Part shown: positions 12,466 to 26,351 of the stretch, piece after piece
Layout of the letters: the number at the start of each line of letters is the position of its first letter
How positions within the stretch are numbered: position 1 is the first letter of the stretch
DNA from: Octopus vulgaris
Taxonomy: Eukaryota
NCBI GenBank assembly: GCA_951406725.2
Contig: OX597820.1
Location: 106,144,001 to 106,208,000, forward strand
Direction of reading: 5' to 3'
Length of the DNA: 64,000 nt
The notes under the pieces: generated by a model
Database searches by the model: none
What the model was told of the DNA's origin: nothing
What the model saw: the letters and a program-made list of their open reading frames with translations, nothing else
Position numbers and translations under genes: made by a program

Positions 12466-13080
12466 TTCATTGTGAACAGCTTTCTAGTTCTTCTATCCAA
12501 GTTCTGCAGCTTGATTTATGTCCATTTCAGAAAGGGAACAGATTATCTCAATACTGGCACAGCTCATGTATTTATGGCTTTAATGACGTTCATCCATTAA
12601 AATCTTTTGAGACTATTCTTAATTCTCCTCTTGTAACTACGAAGTGACTTTTACCCTCATTTCTCTTGCCATTATCCTATTGTCTTATAGCACTCTTAAG
12701 TTTTTGTATCCCTCATCACTCCACCACACTCTAAGGATGTTGTTTTGAGGTAGTTTTATGCCATCAGAATTTACCTTCTTCCCTCTCTTTAAAAATAGCA
12801 TTGCACACTTATCTACCCTAAATTGCATACTAATTTCTTTACTGAATACTCTTACTGTTAAGATCAGAGAATCTAGGTCTGTCTTATGTTTTGTATATAG
12901 CTTGAGATCATCTATATAAAGTAGGTGATTTATTCCCATCTTGATTTTAGTAAACTCATAGGCAGGCCTGGAAAATTCCTCTGTGCATTTTCCTGTTATC
13001 TAGCAATTCATTTGCACATGTCAGTTCTGCTTCCCACACTCTCACTGCTTTCTCCAAAAAGTTGTTTATCTTCTCATTGA

Positions 13081-13652
13081 ATTATTATTATTATTATTGA
13101 GTGAGAAAGCAGTGCATGCCATCAAAGTGACACTGGGGTGAAATATATGAAACCCAGTATACCCATCATGACTACCCGTCTGATAAGGGTACACTAGACA
13201 CATGCATCACAACCATATGTGCATGACATGGTGATCTCATATCAAGATAAACAGCATATGACCTTGCAGGTGGGGCCCAGTTAAAATTTTCTTCTGGTCG
13301 AGTAACCCATCCTGCTCAAAAGGTCCTTGAATAAGGGTTGTTTAAGAATGTTGAATGAAACACCCATGTTTCCAGAGATTAATTATTCAAACGCCAAAGA
13401 ATCCCTCTCAACATATGGCTATGATGCTCCCCTACTGCTTCTGCTCGAGATCAGAGATGCACATATCGTCAGCCACTAAGGGACATGCTCAATTAGTTAA
13501 GGTCAAACAACTGACAGGCAAATCTGTGGTATTGAGCAGAATATTTGCTGTAGCCCATCTTTTATACCAAGACCAAACAATATACATGATAACACTTTCA
13601 ATCAGTTAAGATCAGAAGCCATGAGAGCCACTGCCTGGTACTGCATCAGGGC

Positions 13653-13695
<43 letters not shown>

Positions 13696-13885
13696 ATTGC
13701 CTTTGCAGAGCTTCTAACGCTGGAGATGTACTATGGTGTTAGCTGTTCACTACCAGTGAACTAAGGTAACACCCATTATTTTTCGAGCACCTTCCAGAGT
13801 ATTCGATTGGGTCCAAGCAATGCTGTTTTCTGCAAGTGCTCCACCCTTATTGCGGCCCCTATTTGTTCCATGTACTTCTCAAGAT
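13081..13885 (-). mobile_element. R4/Dong-clade element 3' end (ORF C-terminus, long 3' UTR, (TAA)n tail)
   Basis: YLEKYMEQIGAAIRVEHLQKTALLGPNRILWKVLEK* followed by the UTR and a (TAA)n tract. Embedded in ATT microsatellites, as expected for Dong-like elements. Confidence 0.8.
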
Positions 13886-13895
13886 AATTATTATT

Positions 13896-13948
<53 letters not shown>

Positions 13949-13975
13949 TATTATTATTATTATTATTATTATTGT

Positions 13976-14016
<41 letters not shown>

Positions 14017-14017
14017 T
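13886..14017. repeat. Compound (ATT)n(ATC)n(ATT)n(AGT)n microsatellite
   Basis: Directly visible. Confidence 0.95.
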
Positions 14018-14545
14018 TGAGTAAGTGAAAGAGCAATGCAAGTCATCAAAGTGACGCTGGGGTACAAATATACGAAGCCCAGTATACCCATCATAACTAC
14101 CCATCTGATAAGGGTACACCAGGCACATGCATCACAACTATATATGCACAACATGGTAATTTCATATCAAGATAAACAGCACATGACCTTGCAGGTGGTA
14201 CCCAGTTGAAATTTTCTTCAGGTCGAGTAGCCTGTTCCACTCAAATGGTCCCTGAATAAAGCTTGTTTAAGGATATTGAGTGAAACATCCATGTTTCCAG
14301 AGGTGAATTATTCAAACTCCATAGAATTCCTCTCGACATATGGTTATCATGCTTCCCAATACTTCTAGTTGGGATCAGAGATGCACATAGCGTCAGCCAC
14401 CAAAGGACATATTCAACTGGTTAAGGTCAAACAACTGACATGTAAATCTGTGGTATTGAGCAGAATATTTGCTGTAGCCCATCTTTTATACCAAGACAAA
14501 ACAATGTACATGATACCACTGCCTGGTACTGCATCAGGGCATTTA
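14018..14545 (-). mobile_element. Second copy of the R4/Dong 3' UTR
   Basis: Colinear with 13098-13655, with a short internal deletion near 14516. Confidence 0.85.
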
Positions 14546-14562
14546 TTATTATTATCATTATT

Positions 14563-14780
14563 AGGCAGTGAGCTGGCAGAATCGTTAGCATACCAGGCAA
14601 AATGCTTAGTGGTATTTTGTCTGCTACTACGTTCTGATTTCAAATTCCACCAAGGTCAACTTTGCCTTTCATCCTTTCGGGGTCGATAAATCAAGTACCA
14701 GTTGAGTACTGGGGTTGATGCGATCAACTGTCCCCCTCTCCACAAAATCCAGGCCTTGTGCCTATAGTAGAAAGGATTAT
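14563..14780 (+). mobile_element. SINE family A
   Basis: GGCAGTGAGCTGGCAGAATCGTTAGC head and family core. Confidence 0.9.
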
Positions 14781-14861
14781 TATTATTAAAAGACGAGTGC
14801 CATTGTTATCTAGTGAACGATATTTTGATATCTTGTGTGTCTTCAATTATTATTATTATTA

Positions 14862-14904
<43 letters not shown>

Positions 14905-15310
14905 CATCATCATTATTATTTTTATTATCATTATTATTGGTATTATCTTGATCATCATTATTTTCATCATTATTATTACTGTTCTTGTCGTAGTTGGTGT
15001 TATTTCAAAGAGAGTCTGGAATGTAAATGCAGTGATGTATGTAGGTGTACTGCTGGCTACAACATAGCTGAATGGGCTTCGTATTAACTAGGCTTTTATT
15101 TATTTATTTATTTAATTATTATTATTATTATTTGCTTACCATAAGCAAAGCTAGTACTGCAACAACTGAAGTTGCAAGTAAAAATAGAAGGCCTGGATTA
15201 GGTTGTTGGTTAGCATATCTACGCACTGCAGATAAGCATTTGTAGGTAGATTTCATTTCTTAATCAATCTATTTATATTTATTTATTCATTATCATCACC
15301 ATCAACTTTC

Positions 15311-15311
<1 letters not shown>

Positions 15312-15342
<31 letters not shown>

Positions 15343-15460
15343 CTTCTTCTTCTTCTTCTTCTTCTTCTTCTTCTTCTTCTTCTTCTTCTTCTTCTTCTTC
15401 TTCTTCTTCTTCTTCTTCTTCTTCTTCTTCTTCTTCTTCTTCTTCTTCTTCTTCTTCTTC
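15312..15460. repeat. (CTT)n microsatellite
   Basis: Directly visible. Source of the poly-R and poly-E ORFs. Confidence 0.97.
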
Positions 15461-15839
15461 TATTTTTTTCCTTCTCCACCTTATTACTATTGTCATCACC
15501 AGCACCACCATCATCACCATCCTCACTACCCTAACACCACCACTACCACCACCACCACTGTCACCACTACTATGGTTTCTGCCAATGGCACACTATCCTG
15601 AATTCACAGAACAGGGGAGTGGTCAGTTTAATTGACTCCAATACTTTGTCTGCTACTTATATTAATGATCCTGAAAGGACAAAAGCCAAAGTTGACCTTC
15701 AGCAAGATTTGGCCTTGGAATACAAAAGGATTTCATTCCCCATTTTGTTTGGTGCCAATTAAAATATTAATAATGGGAACGATAAAGAGGAGGAGGAGGA
15801 CAATGATGATGATGATAACTACAATAACAATGATAATAA

Positions 15840-15945
15840 ACCAGTTGTGAAGCAGTACTGGGGAGCAAACACAGAGTCACACACACGTGCTCACACACAC
15901 ACACACACATACACACATACACTCACACACATGCATGCACGCACA

Positions 15946-15977
<32 letters not shown>

Positions 15978-16560
15978 TGCACGCACACACACACACATAC
16001 ACATGATGGGCTTTTTTCAGTTTCTGTCTACCATTCAGAAAGCTTTGGTCAGCCCGAGACTATAGAAGACACTTGCCCAAGGTGCCATGCAGTGGGACTG
16101 AACTTAGAACCATGTGATTGGGAAGCAATGTTCTTACCACACAGCCATGCCTGCATCAATTATTCTTTTATTCTTTTACTTGTTTCAGTCATTTGACTGT
16201 GACCATGCTGGAGCACCTCTTTGAAAGGTTTTTAGTCAAACAAATCAACCAGGACTTACTTTTTAAAGCCTAGTACTTATTCTATCAGTCTGTTTTACTG
16301 AACCGCTAAATTGCAGGGACATAAACACACCAACACTGGTTGTCAAGCGGTGATGGGGAGCAAACACAGACATAAAGACACATACACAAATATATACATA
16401 CATATGTGTATGTGTGCATGTGCATGTGTGTGTGTGTGTGTGTGTATGCACAACAAGCTTCTTTCAGTTTCTATCCACCAAACCCAATCACATGGCTTGG
16501 TCAGCCTGAGGCTATAGTAGAAAATACTTGCCTAAGGTGTCATGCAGAGGGGCTAGCCAC
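15840..16560 (-). mobile_element. Two tandem SINE family B copies
   Basis: GAAGACACTTGCCCAAGGTGCC..AGTGGGACTGAAC and TTTTACTTGTTTCAGTCATTTGACTG. Confidence 0.85.
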
Positions 16561-17772
16561 ACCTATACCTATGTTGATAAAATTTCCAAAAATAACATAT
16601 ATTTATTGAAAATATACAAATGAGAAATTTGTGTTATCTAATTTTATTATAAGGTAATAAATATTTTTCTTTTAAAAATTAGTATTCATTTAAATGTTTT
16701 GTAATAAGTACCAAGAAAATTAATAAAAGTTGATGGGGTTGGGGGAATGGGTATACTCTTAGCTGAGAAATGGGTTGATAATGTAATCAAGATAGTCAGA
16801 GTCTGTGATAGAATACTAAAGCTTAGATTAGTGCTGCAACATTATCTTGGCCTATGCCTCTCAGCCAGGGCTACCTGATGAACAGAAAGATCTATTTTAT
16901 GACACCTTCTTGCAGACTACCTTGTCAATGAATGACAGGGACTTTCTCTTTGTGGATGGCGACTTCAATGCGCATGTTGGACATCATCTGGGGAGCTTCC
17001 ATGGTGTGCATAGTGGCAATGGATTTGGTTCCTGCAATGAGGAGAGAACCAGGTTGCTGGAGTTCTGTGATGCAAATGATCTTATGATCTTTAATACTAA
17101 CTTCAGGAAACCTACTAGTCACCTGTTGACCTACCAGTCTGGTGGGTACACTAGTCAGATTGACTACATTCTCACCAGGAAATGAGAAAGATGGCTACTT
17201 ATAAATGCCAAAACTTTCCCAAGTGAAGAATGTACCCCACAACATAGGTTAGTAGTTAGCAACTTCAGGATCAGGGCTAAATGCTGCCCAGAAGACAACC
17301 AATATGGAAAAGAAGGGTCTGGAAGCTTAAGGACCCTCTGAATGGATAGAGATTTAGAGATGTATACTTGAAGATTTTGACAAAAAAGAGGAGGGTATAG
17401 CATCACATAATGTGGTGGATAACTGGAAGTTCCTACAGGACAACCTGTTGAGGGCTACAAACCAGATCTGTTGCTGGTGCAGAGTCCCCTCTTGACCCAA
17501 GGTGACATGGTGGAGAAACAATGTAGATGACAGAGCCATTAGGGAAAAGAAACAGGCATGGAAGGACTAGAAGTGTGGTGGTAGCAGGGAACTGTATCAG
17601 ATAGCCAGAAGGGAAGGTAGGAGACAGGTTTACTTACTCAGAGGGGAAGCAGATAAGAAATTTGCCAATGTTCTGTGTTGTGAGGACCAAAGACTTGAGG
17701 TGTTTTGAATTGCAAGACAGTGTGTGAGAGAAAATTACGATGTCATCGGAGAGAAATATGTTTACATGGATG

Positions 17773-18845
17773 GGGGAAAACCACAAGTAGTTGATAGCTT
17801 CTGTTACTGAGGTGACCAAAACAGTAGCAGGGATGGATGCCCTGAGAGTTTAGCTATTAGAACAAGAATAGCCTGAGCAAAGTTCAGAGGGCTCTGCTGG
17901 TAACAAAGGGCCTCTCGCTCAGAGTAAAAGGTAGACTGTATGACGCATGTGTGCGAATAGCCATGCTACATGGCAGTGAAACATGGCAGTGAAATGTAAC
18001 TGCTGAAGACATGCAAGGAATGAAGTTAGTATATTCTGCTAGATGTGTAATGTCAGTGTGCATACACGACAGAGTGTAAACGTCCTGAGAGAAAAGTTGG
18101 ACATAAGAAGCATCAGATGTAGTGTGCAAGAGAGACAACTGCATTGGTATGGTCATGTGTTGCATATGGATGAGGACAGCTGTGTGAAAAAGTGTCACAT
18201 CTTAGTAGTAGAGGGAGCCTGTGGAAGAAGTAGCCCCAGGAAGACCTGGGATGGGGTGGTGAAGCATGACCTTTGAATGTTGGGCATCACGGAGGCAATG
18301 ACAAGCGACCGAGATCTTTGGAGATATGCTGTGCTTGAGAAGACCTGGCAAGCCAAGTGAGACTGTAACTGTGGCCTATGCCAGTGCAGCATAACCAGCC
18401 CATTTAAGAGTACCCTTCAATCATTTGGCAATAAACTGTGCTTGCAAAGACCTGTTGAATCAAGTGAAGTTATTTTCATGGCCGATGACAGTACCTCCTG
18501 ATTGACACCCATGCCAGTGGCACGTAAAATGCACCATTTGAGCATGGTCGATGCCAGTGCCAGCTGACTGGTCCTGTATCAGTGGCACATAAAAAGCACC
18601 ATTCGAGTATGGTCATTGCCAGTCCCACCTGACTGGCTCCCATGCCAGTGGCACATAAAAAACACCATTCAAGTGTGGAGTGGTTGGCATTAGGAAGGGC
18701 ATCCAGCTGTAGAAACGTTGCTAAATCAGATTGGAGCCTGATGCAGCCTTCTGTCTTGCCAGCCCTCAGTCAAACTCCAACCCATGCCAGCATGGAAAGC
18801 GAACGTTAAACGACAACGATGATGATGATGATGATGATGATGATG
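17773..18845 (+). mobile_element. 5'-truncated RTE copy nested inside the same-family element
   Basis: Abrupt jump from the post-endonuclease linker to the C-terminal VVDSFCY region, then its own 3' UTR and (GAT)n tail. The host reading frame resumes at GATGATGCAAAGAGAGAG. Confidence 0.75.
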
Positions 18846-20667
18846 CAAAGAGAGAGAGAGTTGGAAATGTCACTATGAAAGGTTGCTAAATGAAGAGAAT
18901 GAATGGGAGAAAGAAAGTATGCCACATATTGACCCAACAGAGGGGACAGCCATCCGAATTGACTGTACCTTGGTAGATAAAGCAGATATAGGTATGAAGA
19001 CAGCGAAAGCCTCCAGCCCATCAAGAATTACTGCTGAGATACTTAAAATATCTGGTGGTGTAGGCTATATTCTAGTGATCTGTATAGTTAATCAAGTGAT
19101 ACAATCATACCCAATGATTGGTGTAGCAGCACAAACTGCTACAAAGTAAAGGTGACATCTTAGATAAAAATAATTACAGAGGCATCAAATTGTGGGATCA
19201 GGTGATGAAAGTCATGGAGAGGATCATAGTCCAACTAATTAGGGTGATAGTTTAGATGAGATGCACTTTGGGTTTGTGCCAAAGAGAAGCACCACTGATG
19301 CTATATTTCTGGTAAGACAGCTGCAAGAAAAATTCCTATCCAAAGATAAACCTCTGTATTTGGCTTTTCTTGACTTGGAGAAAGCCTTTGACAGGGACCC
19401 CCCACTAATCCCTTATTTGGTGGTCAATGTGGAAACTAGGGATAGCTGAGTGGTTGATGAGAGCTGTACAAGTCATGTACAGGGATGCTGTGAGTAAGGT
19501 GAGGGTTGGCAATGAGTAGAGCAAAGAATTCTGGGTAGAAGTAGGGGTTCACCAAGGATCAATCCTCTGATCTTTCTTGTTTATCATAGTTCGCCAAGCA
19601 ATAACAGAGGAATTCAAGACAAGCCACCCCTGGGAGCTCCTCTATGCTGATGACCTTGCTCTAATAGCTGAGTCACTACCAGAACTAGAGAAGTTTCAGG
19701 TGTAGAAGCAAGGTCTACAATTGAGTTAACCTAGCAAAAACCAAAGTTTTAGTAAATAATAAGGCGGACAAATCACAAATCCCTTCAGGGCCATACTCGA
19801 TCTGTAGAAAAGGCATAGGTAGAAAGTCCACAAGATGTATTTTGTGTAAGCTATGGACACATAAGGTTAACTGGGAAGATAGTTTTTGTGTGTGGCAGAT
19901 GCACAGGTGCAATAAACACCAAAAATGTACAGAAAATAGATTCCATCACACACCAAGGAAAAAGATTAGATTTAGTTGATAGCTTCTGTCACCTAGGTGA
20001 CCAAGTCAGTAGTGAGGGTAGATACTCTGAGAGTGTAGTTGCTAGAATAAGAATTGGTTAGGCAAATGTCAGAGAGCTCCTACCTCTGCTATAACAAAGA
20101 GCCTCTTGCTTAGAGTGAAAGGTAGACTGTTTGATGCGTGTGTGCAAACAGCCATGGTACACAGCAGTGAAACATGGGCTGTGACTGCTGACAACATACA
20201 TAAGCTTGAAAGAAATGAAGCGGGTATGCTCTAATGGATGTGTAATGTCAGTGTGCATACATGACAGAGTGTAAGTGCCCCGAGAGAGAAGTTGGACATA
20301 AGACACATCAGATGTGGTGGGCAAAAAAGAGGACTGCACTGGTATGGTCATGTGATGCGTATGGATGAGGACAGCTGTGTGAAGAAGTGACACCCTCTAA
20401 CAGTGGAGGGAACTTGTGGAAGAGGTAGACCCAGGAAGATATGGGATGAGGTGGTGAAGCACAACCTTCGAATATTGGGCCTCACAGAGTCAATGACAAG
20501 CAACCAAGACCTTCATGCTTGAGTAGACCTTGCAAGCCAAGTGAGATCATAGTCATGGCTGATGCCAGTGTTGCATAACTGGCTCGTTTAAAAGCACCTG
20601 TCAATCGTTGAGCGATATGGTGTGCTTGTGAAGACCTGTTGAACCAAGCAAAATCATACTTGTCGCT

Positions 20668-20990
20668 GATGCCAGTGCTGCCTGACTGGCACCTGTACCA
20701 GTGGCACATAAAAAACAGCATTTAAGTGGGGTCGATGCCAGTGCCACCTGACTGGCACCCATGCCAGTGGCATGTAAAAAGCACCATTCAAGCATGGCCA
20801 ATACCAGTGCCACCTGACTGGTACCTGTGCCAGTGGCACATAAAATGCACAATTCAAGCATGGCTGATGCCAGTTCCGCTTGACTGGTACCTGTGCCAGT
20901 GGCATGTAAAAAGCACCATGTGAGCATGGCTGATGCCAGTGCTGCCTGACTGGCTCTTGTGCTGGTGACACATAAAAAGTACTCACTACA
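20668..20990 (+). repeat. Five tandem 66-bp units in the RTE 3' UTR
   Basis: Unit starts at 20668, 20734, 20800, 20866 and 20932. Confidence 0.95.
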
Positions 20991-21484
20991 CTCTCAGAGT
21001 GGTTGGTGTTAGGAAGGGCATCCAGTGGTAGCAAATACTTGCCAAATCAGATTAGGGCCTGGTGCAGCCTCCCAGCTTGCCATTTCTCAGTCAAACCATC
21101 CAGTGCATGTCAGCATGGAAAGCGGACATTAAATGACAATAATGATGATGATGAAATGATAATTATTGTATGTATGCCATATTTTCTGATGTAACCCATG
21201 ATGATAAAAGTATTCTTCTAAAGTTAACCAACATACAACAGCTAAACCTTTAGTGTATTATATAATAAAAAAAAAAGGCCTCAACAATTCCTAGTAGATA
21301 TTCAAATAAAACAAATTCTAAATTGCTATATTTTATTTAGCTGTGAGGAATGGTAAGCAAATCTTTTCTTGGAAAGTAACCTGCAGACAACAAGCAGATT
21401 GGTAAAGCAGATTTATCATTTATTCTATATCTTATACATGTTGACATAAAAGCGATGATGATGATGATGATGATGATGATGATA

Positions 21485-21538
<54 letters not shown>

Positions 21539-21660
21539 GTGATAAAGCAAAATAAAATGAACAAAAATGAATGAAAAAAAGTTATATGGTGGTTTGGTTC
21601 TCTGTCAGTAAATCAACTTTTGCTGCATGGGAAACATTTTGCTATTCAGACACATTATTC

Positions 21661-21745
<85 letters not shown>

Positions 21746-21829
21746 AAAAACTTTACCTTCTGTTTTAAGAATTTCCTAATAAACTTTAAGTAACTTCAAC
21801 AAATCATGATTTAATATTTAGATTTGTTA

Positions 21830-22030
21830 GAGGAGCAAGCTGGCAAAACCATTAGCACACTGGGCAGAATGCTTAGCATCATTTCGCCTGTTTATACATT
21901 CTGAGTTCAAATTCTGCTGAAGTCAGCTTTGCCTTTCATCCTTTTGGGGGTCAATAAAATAGGTACCAATTGAGCACTGAGGTCGATCTCTCCCCCAAAA
22001 CTGTTGGCCTTGTGCCAAAATTTGAAACTT
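21830..22030 (+). mobile_element. SINE family A
   Basis: Family head, B-box and core. Confidence 0.85.
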
Positions 22031-22284
22031 TTATTTAGTTTTGTTTTAAAACAGAAAAGGATCCATGTGCTGTTTCCAACATTAATATAAAAACTATACT
22101 CTTTTACTTATTTCAGTCATTTGACTGCGGCCATGCTGAAGCACTGCCTTTAGTCGAGCAAATTGACCCCAGGACTTATTCTTTGTAAGCCTAGTACTTA
22201 TTCTATCAGTCAAAAAAGTAATGAACAGACTTTATTGAGTTTCAAACCTTATTGCGATTCTCAAGACCTACGCAATGTTTACAT

Positions 22285-22440
22285 GCATGGGTGTGTGGTA
22301 AGAAGCTTGCTTCTCAATCACATCGTTCTGGGTTCAGTTTCACTGCATGGCCCTTGGGCAAGTGACTTCTACTTTAGCTTTGGGTTGACCAAAGCATTGT
22401 GAATGGATTTGGTAGACGAAAACTGAAAGAAGCCTGTTGC

Positions 22441-22492
<52 letters not shown>

Positions 22493-22718
22493 GTATATAT
22501 TTGTGTGTGTGTGTGTTTGTCCCCTGCCATTACTTGACAACCAATGCTGGCGTGTTTATGTCCCAGTAACTTAGTGGTTCATCAAAAGAGACCGATAGAA
22601 TAAACACTAGGCTTAAAACGAATATGTCCTGGGGTCAATTTCTTTGATTAAATCCTTTAAATGCTGCTGCAGCATGGTCACAGTCAAATGACTGAAACAA
22701 GTAAAAGAATAAAAGAAT
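22285..22718 (+). mobile_element. SINE family B (an inverted 3' fragment also lies at ~22100-22210)
   Basis: Family head, internal (TA)n(TG)n and GACTGAAACAAGTAAAAGAATAAAAGAAT tail. Confidence 0.88.
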
Positions 22719-22994
22719 ATGCATATATACACAACCACACAAATATGTGTGTGTGAGTGTGTGTGAGAGTGTTTAAATGTTTTTGAGTGGGTGTGTGTAC
22801 ATAGATATGTGTATGTGTTCTTTTTTTACGTCAGATCACTTTGAAGGCTACTAGTAACATGTAATCCGTACCACTTGTTACATGGATGGGCTGTTGGTAA
22901 CTAAACTGGTACACCATCATGCTAGGCTGGTTAGGACATAGCTGAAACCCATCAAATGAATGGATGAACCTGACATAGGACCAATGTCTATCTA

Positions 22995-24157
22995 TCAGGT
23001 CATTAAGAATGAAATATTCGCTTTTGAACTTGTTATAAACCCAAACTCGAATATCAAAGTTTAAAAGGTTTTAATCAACTAAAAATACAGCAATCTACAA
23101 TACAAACAAAGATTGCTAAACTGTAAGCAAAACCAAACTTCAACGCAATAGCATTTTTATGCAGCGAGTTGCTACATTCTCAACTACCTAAAACCAACAC
23201 TGAACACGTCGTGCTGCAAACAGAACAGAACTCCGCACAGCCGCACTGCAGGCATATAGCAGCAATCGAGACAATCAAAATCACGTGATCAAAACTAAAA
23301 TCACAACAGAACCGAAAGTTTATTTCACTTTATTTCAACGAAAAGCAATGCAGCTAATCAAAGTATGTACCTAAATTATCAACACAATTTTGCCATTTTA
23401 TCAGTAGCTTATTGATGCTGGCAGCAAAGAATCCTGGAGAGCAAGAGGTGATGAAATCACGAAAGGCTGTTTTTGCATTGTCTTCAGATTTGAAGTTTTA
23501 TCCTTTCAAAAAATGCCTGTAAAACATGATAGTCAGTTGGTGCATGGTTTGGTGAATATGGTGGATGACAGAATACTTCCAAATTCAGTTCCTGTAACTT
23601 GAGTAGCATTCTTTGTGCAAAATATGGTCAAGCATTGTCTTGCAAGAGAATTGGCCTATCTCTATTGACCAATCTCGGTTGTTTAATTGCAAGGTCACTC
23701 TTCATTTCATCCATTTAGTTGATGTTGACATCCACTGTAATTGACTTACCAGGTCTCATGAAGCTGTAGTGGATGATACCAGCGCTGGATCACCAAACAG
23801 ACACCATTAGCTTTTTTGGCAAATATTCTTTTTTGGGACTTCGTCTCTATCCAACCAATGTGTAGAATACTTACTATTGTTGAAAAGAATCCCGTTTTCA
23901 TCACATAACAATATGATGCAAAAATGGTTCACTTTTATGCCATTTCAGCAAAGAACAGTTTTTAATTTATCCATAGGTTTACAAAAATTGATTTACAAGA
24001 GAAAAATATAATCAGACACCATGAACTGCATTTTGAAAAGTGATGATGTAACTCTTCAATGTTGTAAAACAAAGAATCGTCAGGATAAAACACTAGGATA
24101 AATGAGTGTCAAACTTGGTGCATAAGAAAATCGGACATTTCATTCTTAATGACCTGA
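22995..24157 (-). mobile_element. Mariner-type (DD34D-like) DNA transposon, internally deleted, both TIRs present
   Basis: TIRs TCAGGTCATTAAGAATGAAAT / ATTTCATTCTTAATGACCTGA with TA TSDs. Minus-strand motifs IVMCDENGI, LLQDNA, HPPYSPNHAPTDYH. Confidence 0.9.
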
Positions 24158-25310
24158 TAGAAATTGTGTGTTGGATCATAGAAAGACCCAAGATCTTGAA
24201 GAAACACACAGGAAGACCATACTGGGAGTAATGGATTTTAGGTTCTAGTTAGAATGTCTGCCTGGGAGAGCTGTAGGCTTGGTAGGGATTATTATATGAA
24301 GTGGCAGCAACTTTAATACACTTCCTTTTTACCTAGTGTATGAGTACAGGAAGAGAAAAGATACGGTAGTAAGCACATCCTGAGAAGAAAACAAGATCTT
24401 TCTGGGTTGACAAGCAGAGAGGGTGAAAATTGAATGTTTGCTCAATGACATGTCATGTGTGAAGTGCTCCTTTGGCCAGGCACCAGGTAAAAGAGCAATG
24501 TTGAGTGAAATAGAAACAATAGACATTGGGTTTTTTATTCATAATATTTTCCTACTTAAATTAAATCAAGTTAAACAAAGGATTTTTGTCTGTTATCTGG
24601 TCTAAAGTGAATTTAACCTTAGAATCTTCTGGAAACAATAGAAATCTAATCTAAATATGACATTTGACTCATAAATTTCTTAGTGCAAATGCCAAGAATG
24701 ATAGAAAGGGACTCATAGAAAAATCTAGACTGGGTTTGAATCCTGCCTAAGAATCCAGGAACCAATTTGTTCATCACCTTTCCCTCTTAGTTTGTGAAAA
24801 AGAAAAAAATATGCATGATAATAGGAAAAATTGAAAAAATGTGCTCTATGCAAAAATTAAAGGACATTCAAAATTGTGAATGCAGAATGCAAGGTGCATA
24901 GGACGTGATGCAAGCCCAGAAAGATCATAGCAACTAGGAGAAGGGATCTGAGGTGGTGTATAAGGGACAGCAGGTGCTTATTTGAGTGGGCTCAAATAGC
25001 AAGCAATGTCACTTGTGTGCCTAGCTTGCAGTCTGGGCTTTGTGTAGTGTTGGCTTCATGTAGGTCAGCTTTAGCCAGCATTAAGTGAGTGTGCACATGA
25101 TTCAGTGACAGATTGTGCGAGAACACTGCAGCTTCAGGCTTTCATTGAAAGGAGCTGAGGCAAGAGAATGCATTCTCAATTCATGGAATAATAGTAAAAT
25201 TTCTGGCAGAAATGTGCATTATATGGTAAGTGCCTTAAAAGAAGTGCAAAGGCCAGACAGACAGCTAGGTAGAGAGACAAGCAGACACACACGCAGACAG
25301 ATACACACAC

Positions 25311-25682
<372 letters not shown>

Positions 25683-26102
25683 TAGACAGCTTAAAAAGGA
25701 AAACAGATAAATAGGATAGACAGCGTGATAGATAGATAATTAGATGTGCTTGTAGATAAACTAATGCATGTAAATAGATAGATAACTTAATATATGTAGA
25801 AATGGAAAGACAGCCAGGCAGACCAACAGAGAAAGAGAGAGAGGGAGACAGAGATAGTAAGATAATTATGTTAATAGTCAGGAGGTAAATACTATGAAAG
25901 AACAAACATATATAATGAGATACCTCTTAATTATAAGCTGATTATTGTTTTGTTGATTTTTAAAAACTTTTTTCAATTGAAGAAAACTGCTAACCTGTTG
26001 AATGCTGTAGAGTTAATGTGTCTTACTAAAAAAAAAAAACATGGCACAATGCCCACAGGGAGATAAAATTTGAAGGATAAAATTTCATTTATTTTCCCCA
26101 CT

Positions 26103-26351
26103 AATAATAATAATGAAATCATTGTATACAGTGCTCAGGTGCACCACAACTTGTCAAAAGTGCATATAAAGCATATGCAGTAATGTACAAATGTCTGGAA
26201 AGTGAACAGTGTATAAGTCAGATACATGCTTGTGTGTGTATGGAGGGGAGAAAATTAGGTGTAGTGTTGGCGAATCTCAGGAAGCATGGAAGTTTTGAAG
26301 GATGCAGTGCTCCGACAACTAACAACTGATTCCAGCAGTTTGTTCCATACT
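26103..26351 (-). mobile_element. CR1/L2-like LINE 3' end with (ATT)n tail
   Basis: VWNKLLESVVSCRSTASFKTSMLPEIRQHYT* followed by a UTR and ATT repeats. Confidence 0.7.

Larger units (their letters stand above)
10897..13078 (-). mobile_element. Fragmented R4/Dong-clade retrotransposon (RT and RLE remnants) with nested insertions
   Basis: 12685-12939 INHLLYIDDLKLY..ISMQFRVDKCA. 10897-11290 KWYEQEPEDVIEN, GPDII, DFAIPYDSRV, KEMEKIEKYKDLAR, PVAIGALCTVPK. Confidence 0.75.
16730..21155 (+). mobile_element. Near full-length RTE LINE pseudogene (AP endonuclease 16730-17290, RT from ~18850), split by a nested copy
   Basis: AYASQPG, GDFNAHVG, NTNFRK, SQIDYIL (AP endonuclease). HYERLLNEEN, LEKAFDR, LLYADDL (RT). 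3' UTR repeats and GAT tail. Confidence 0.9.

Noticed and set aside
19640-19660. CTGATGA motifs at ~16875, 19647, 29517 and 40860 as hammerhead cores
   Set aside because: They lie in LINE coding sequence (YADD or LPDE codons), with no stem II-GAAA arrangement.
20668-20990. CRISPR-like regularly spaced palindromic repeats
   Set aside because: The units are contiguous with no unique spacers, lie in a LINE 3' UTR, and there are no cas genes. The context is eukaryotic.
24180-24560. Possible ancient LINE RT fragment on the minus strand
   Set aside because: Only a vague resemblance, with no diagnostic motif that I could read.
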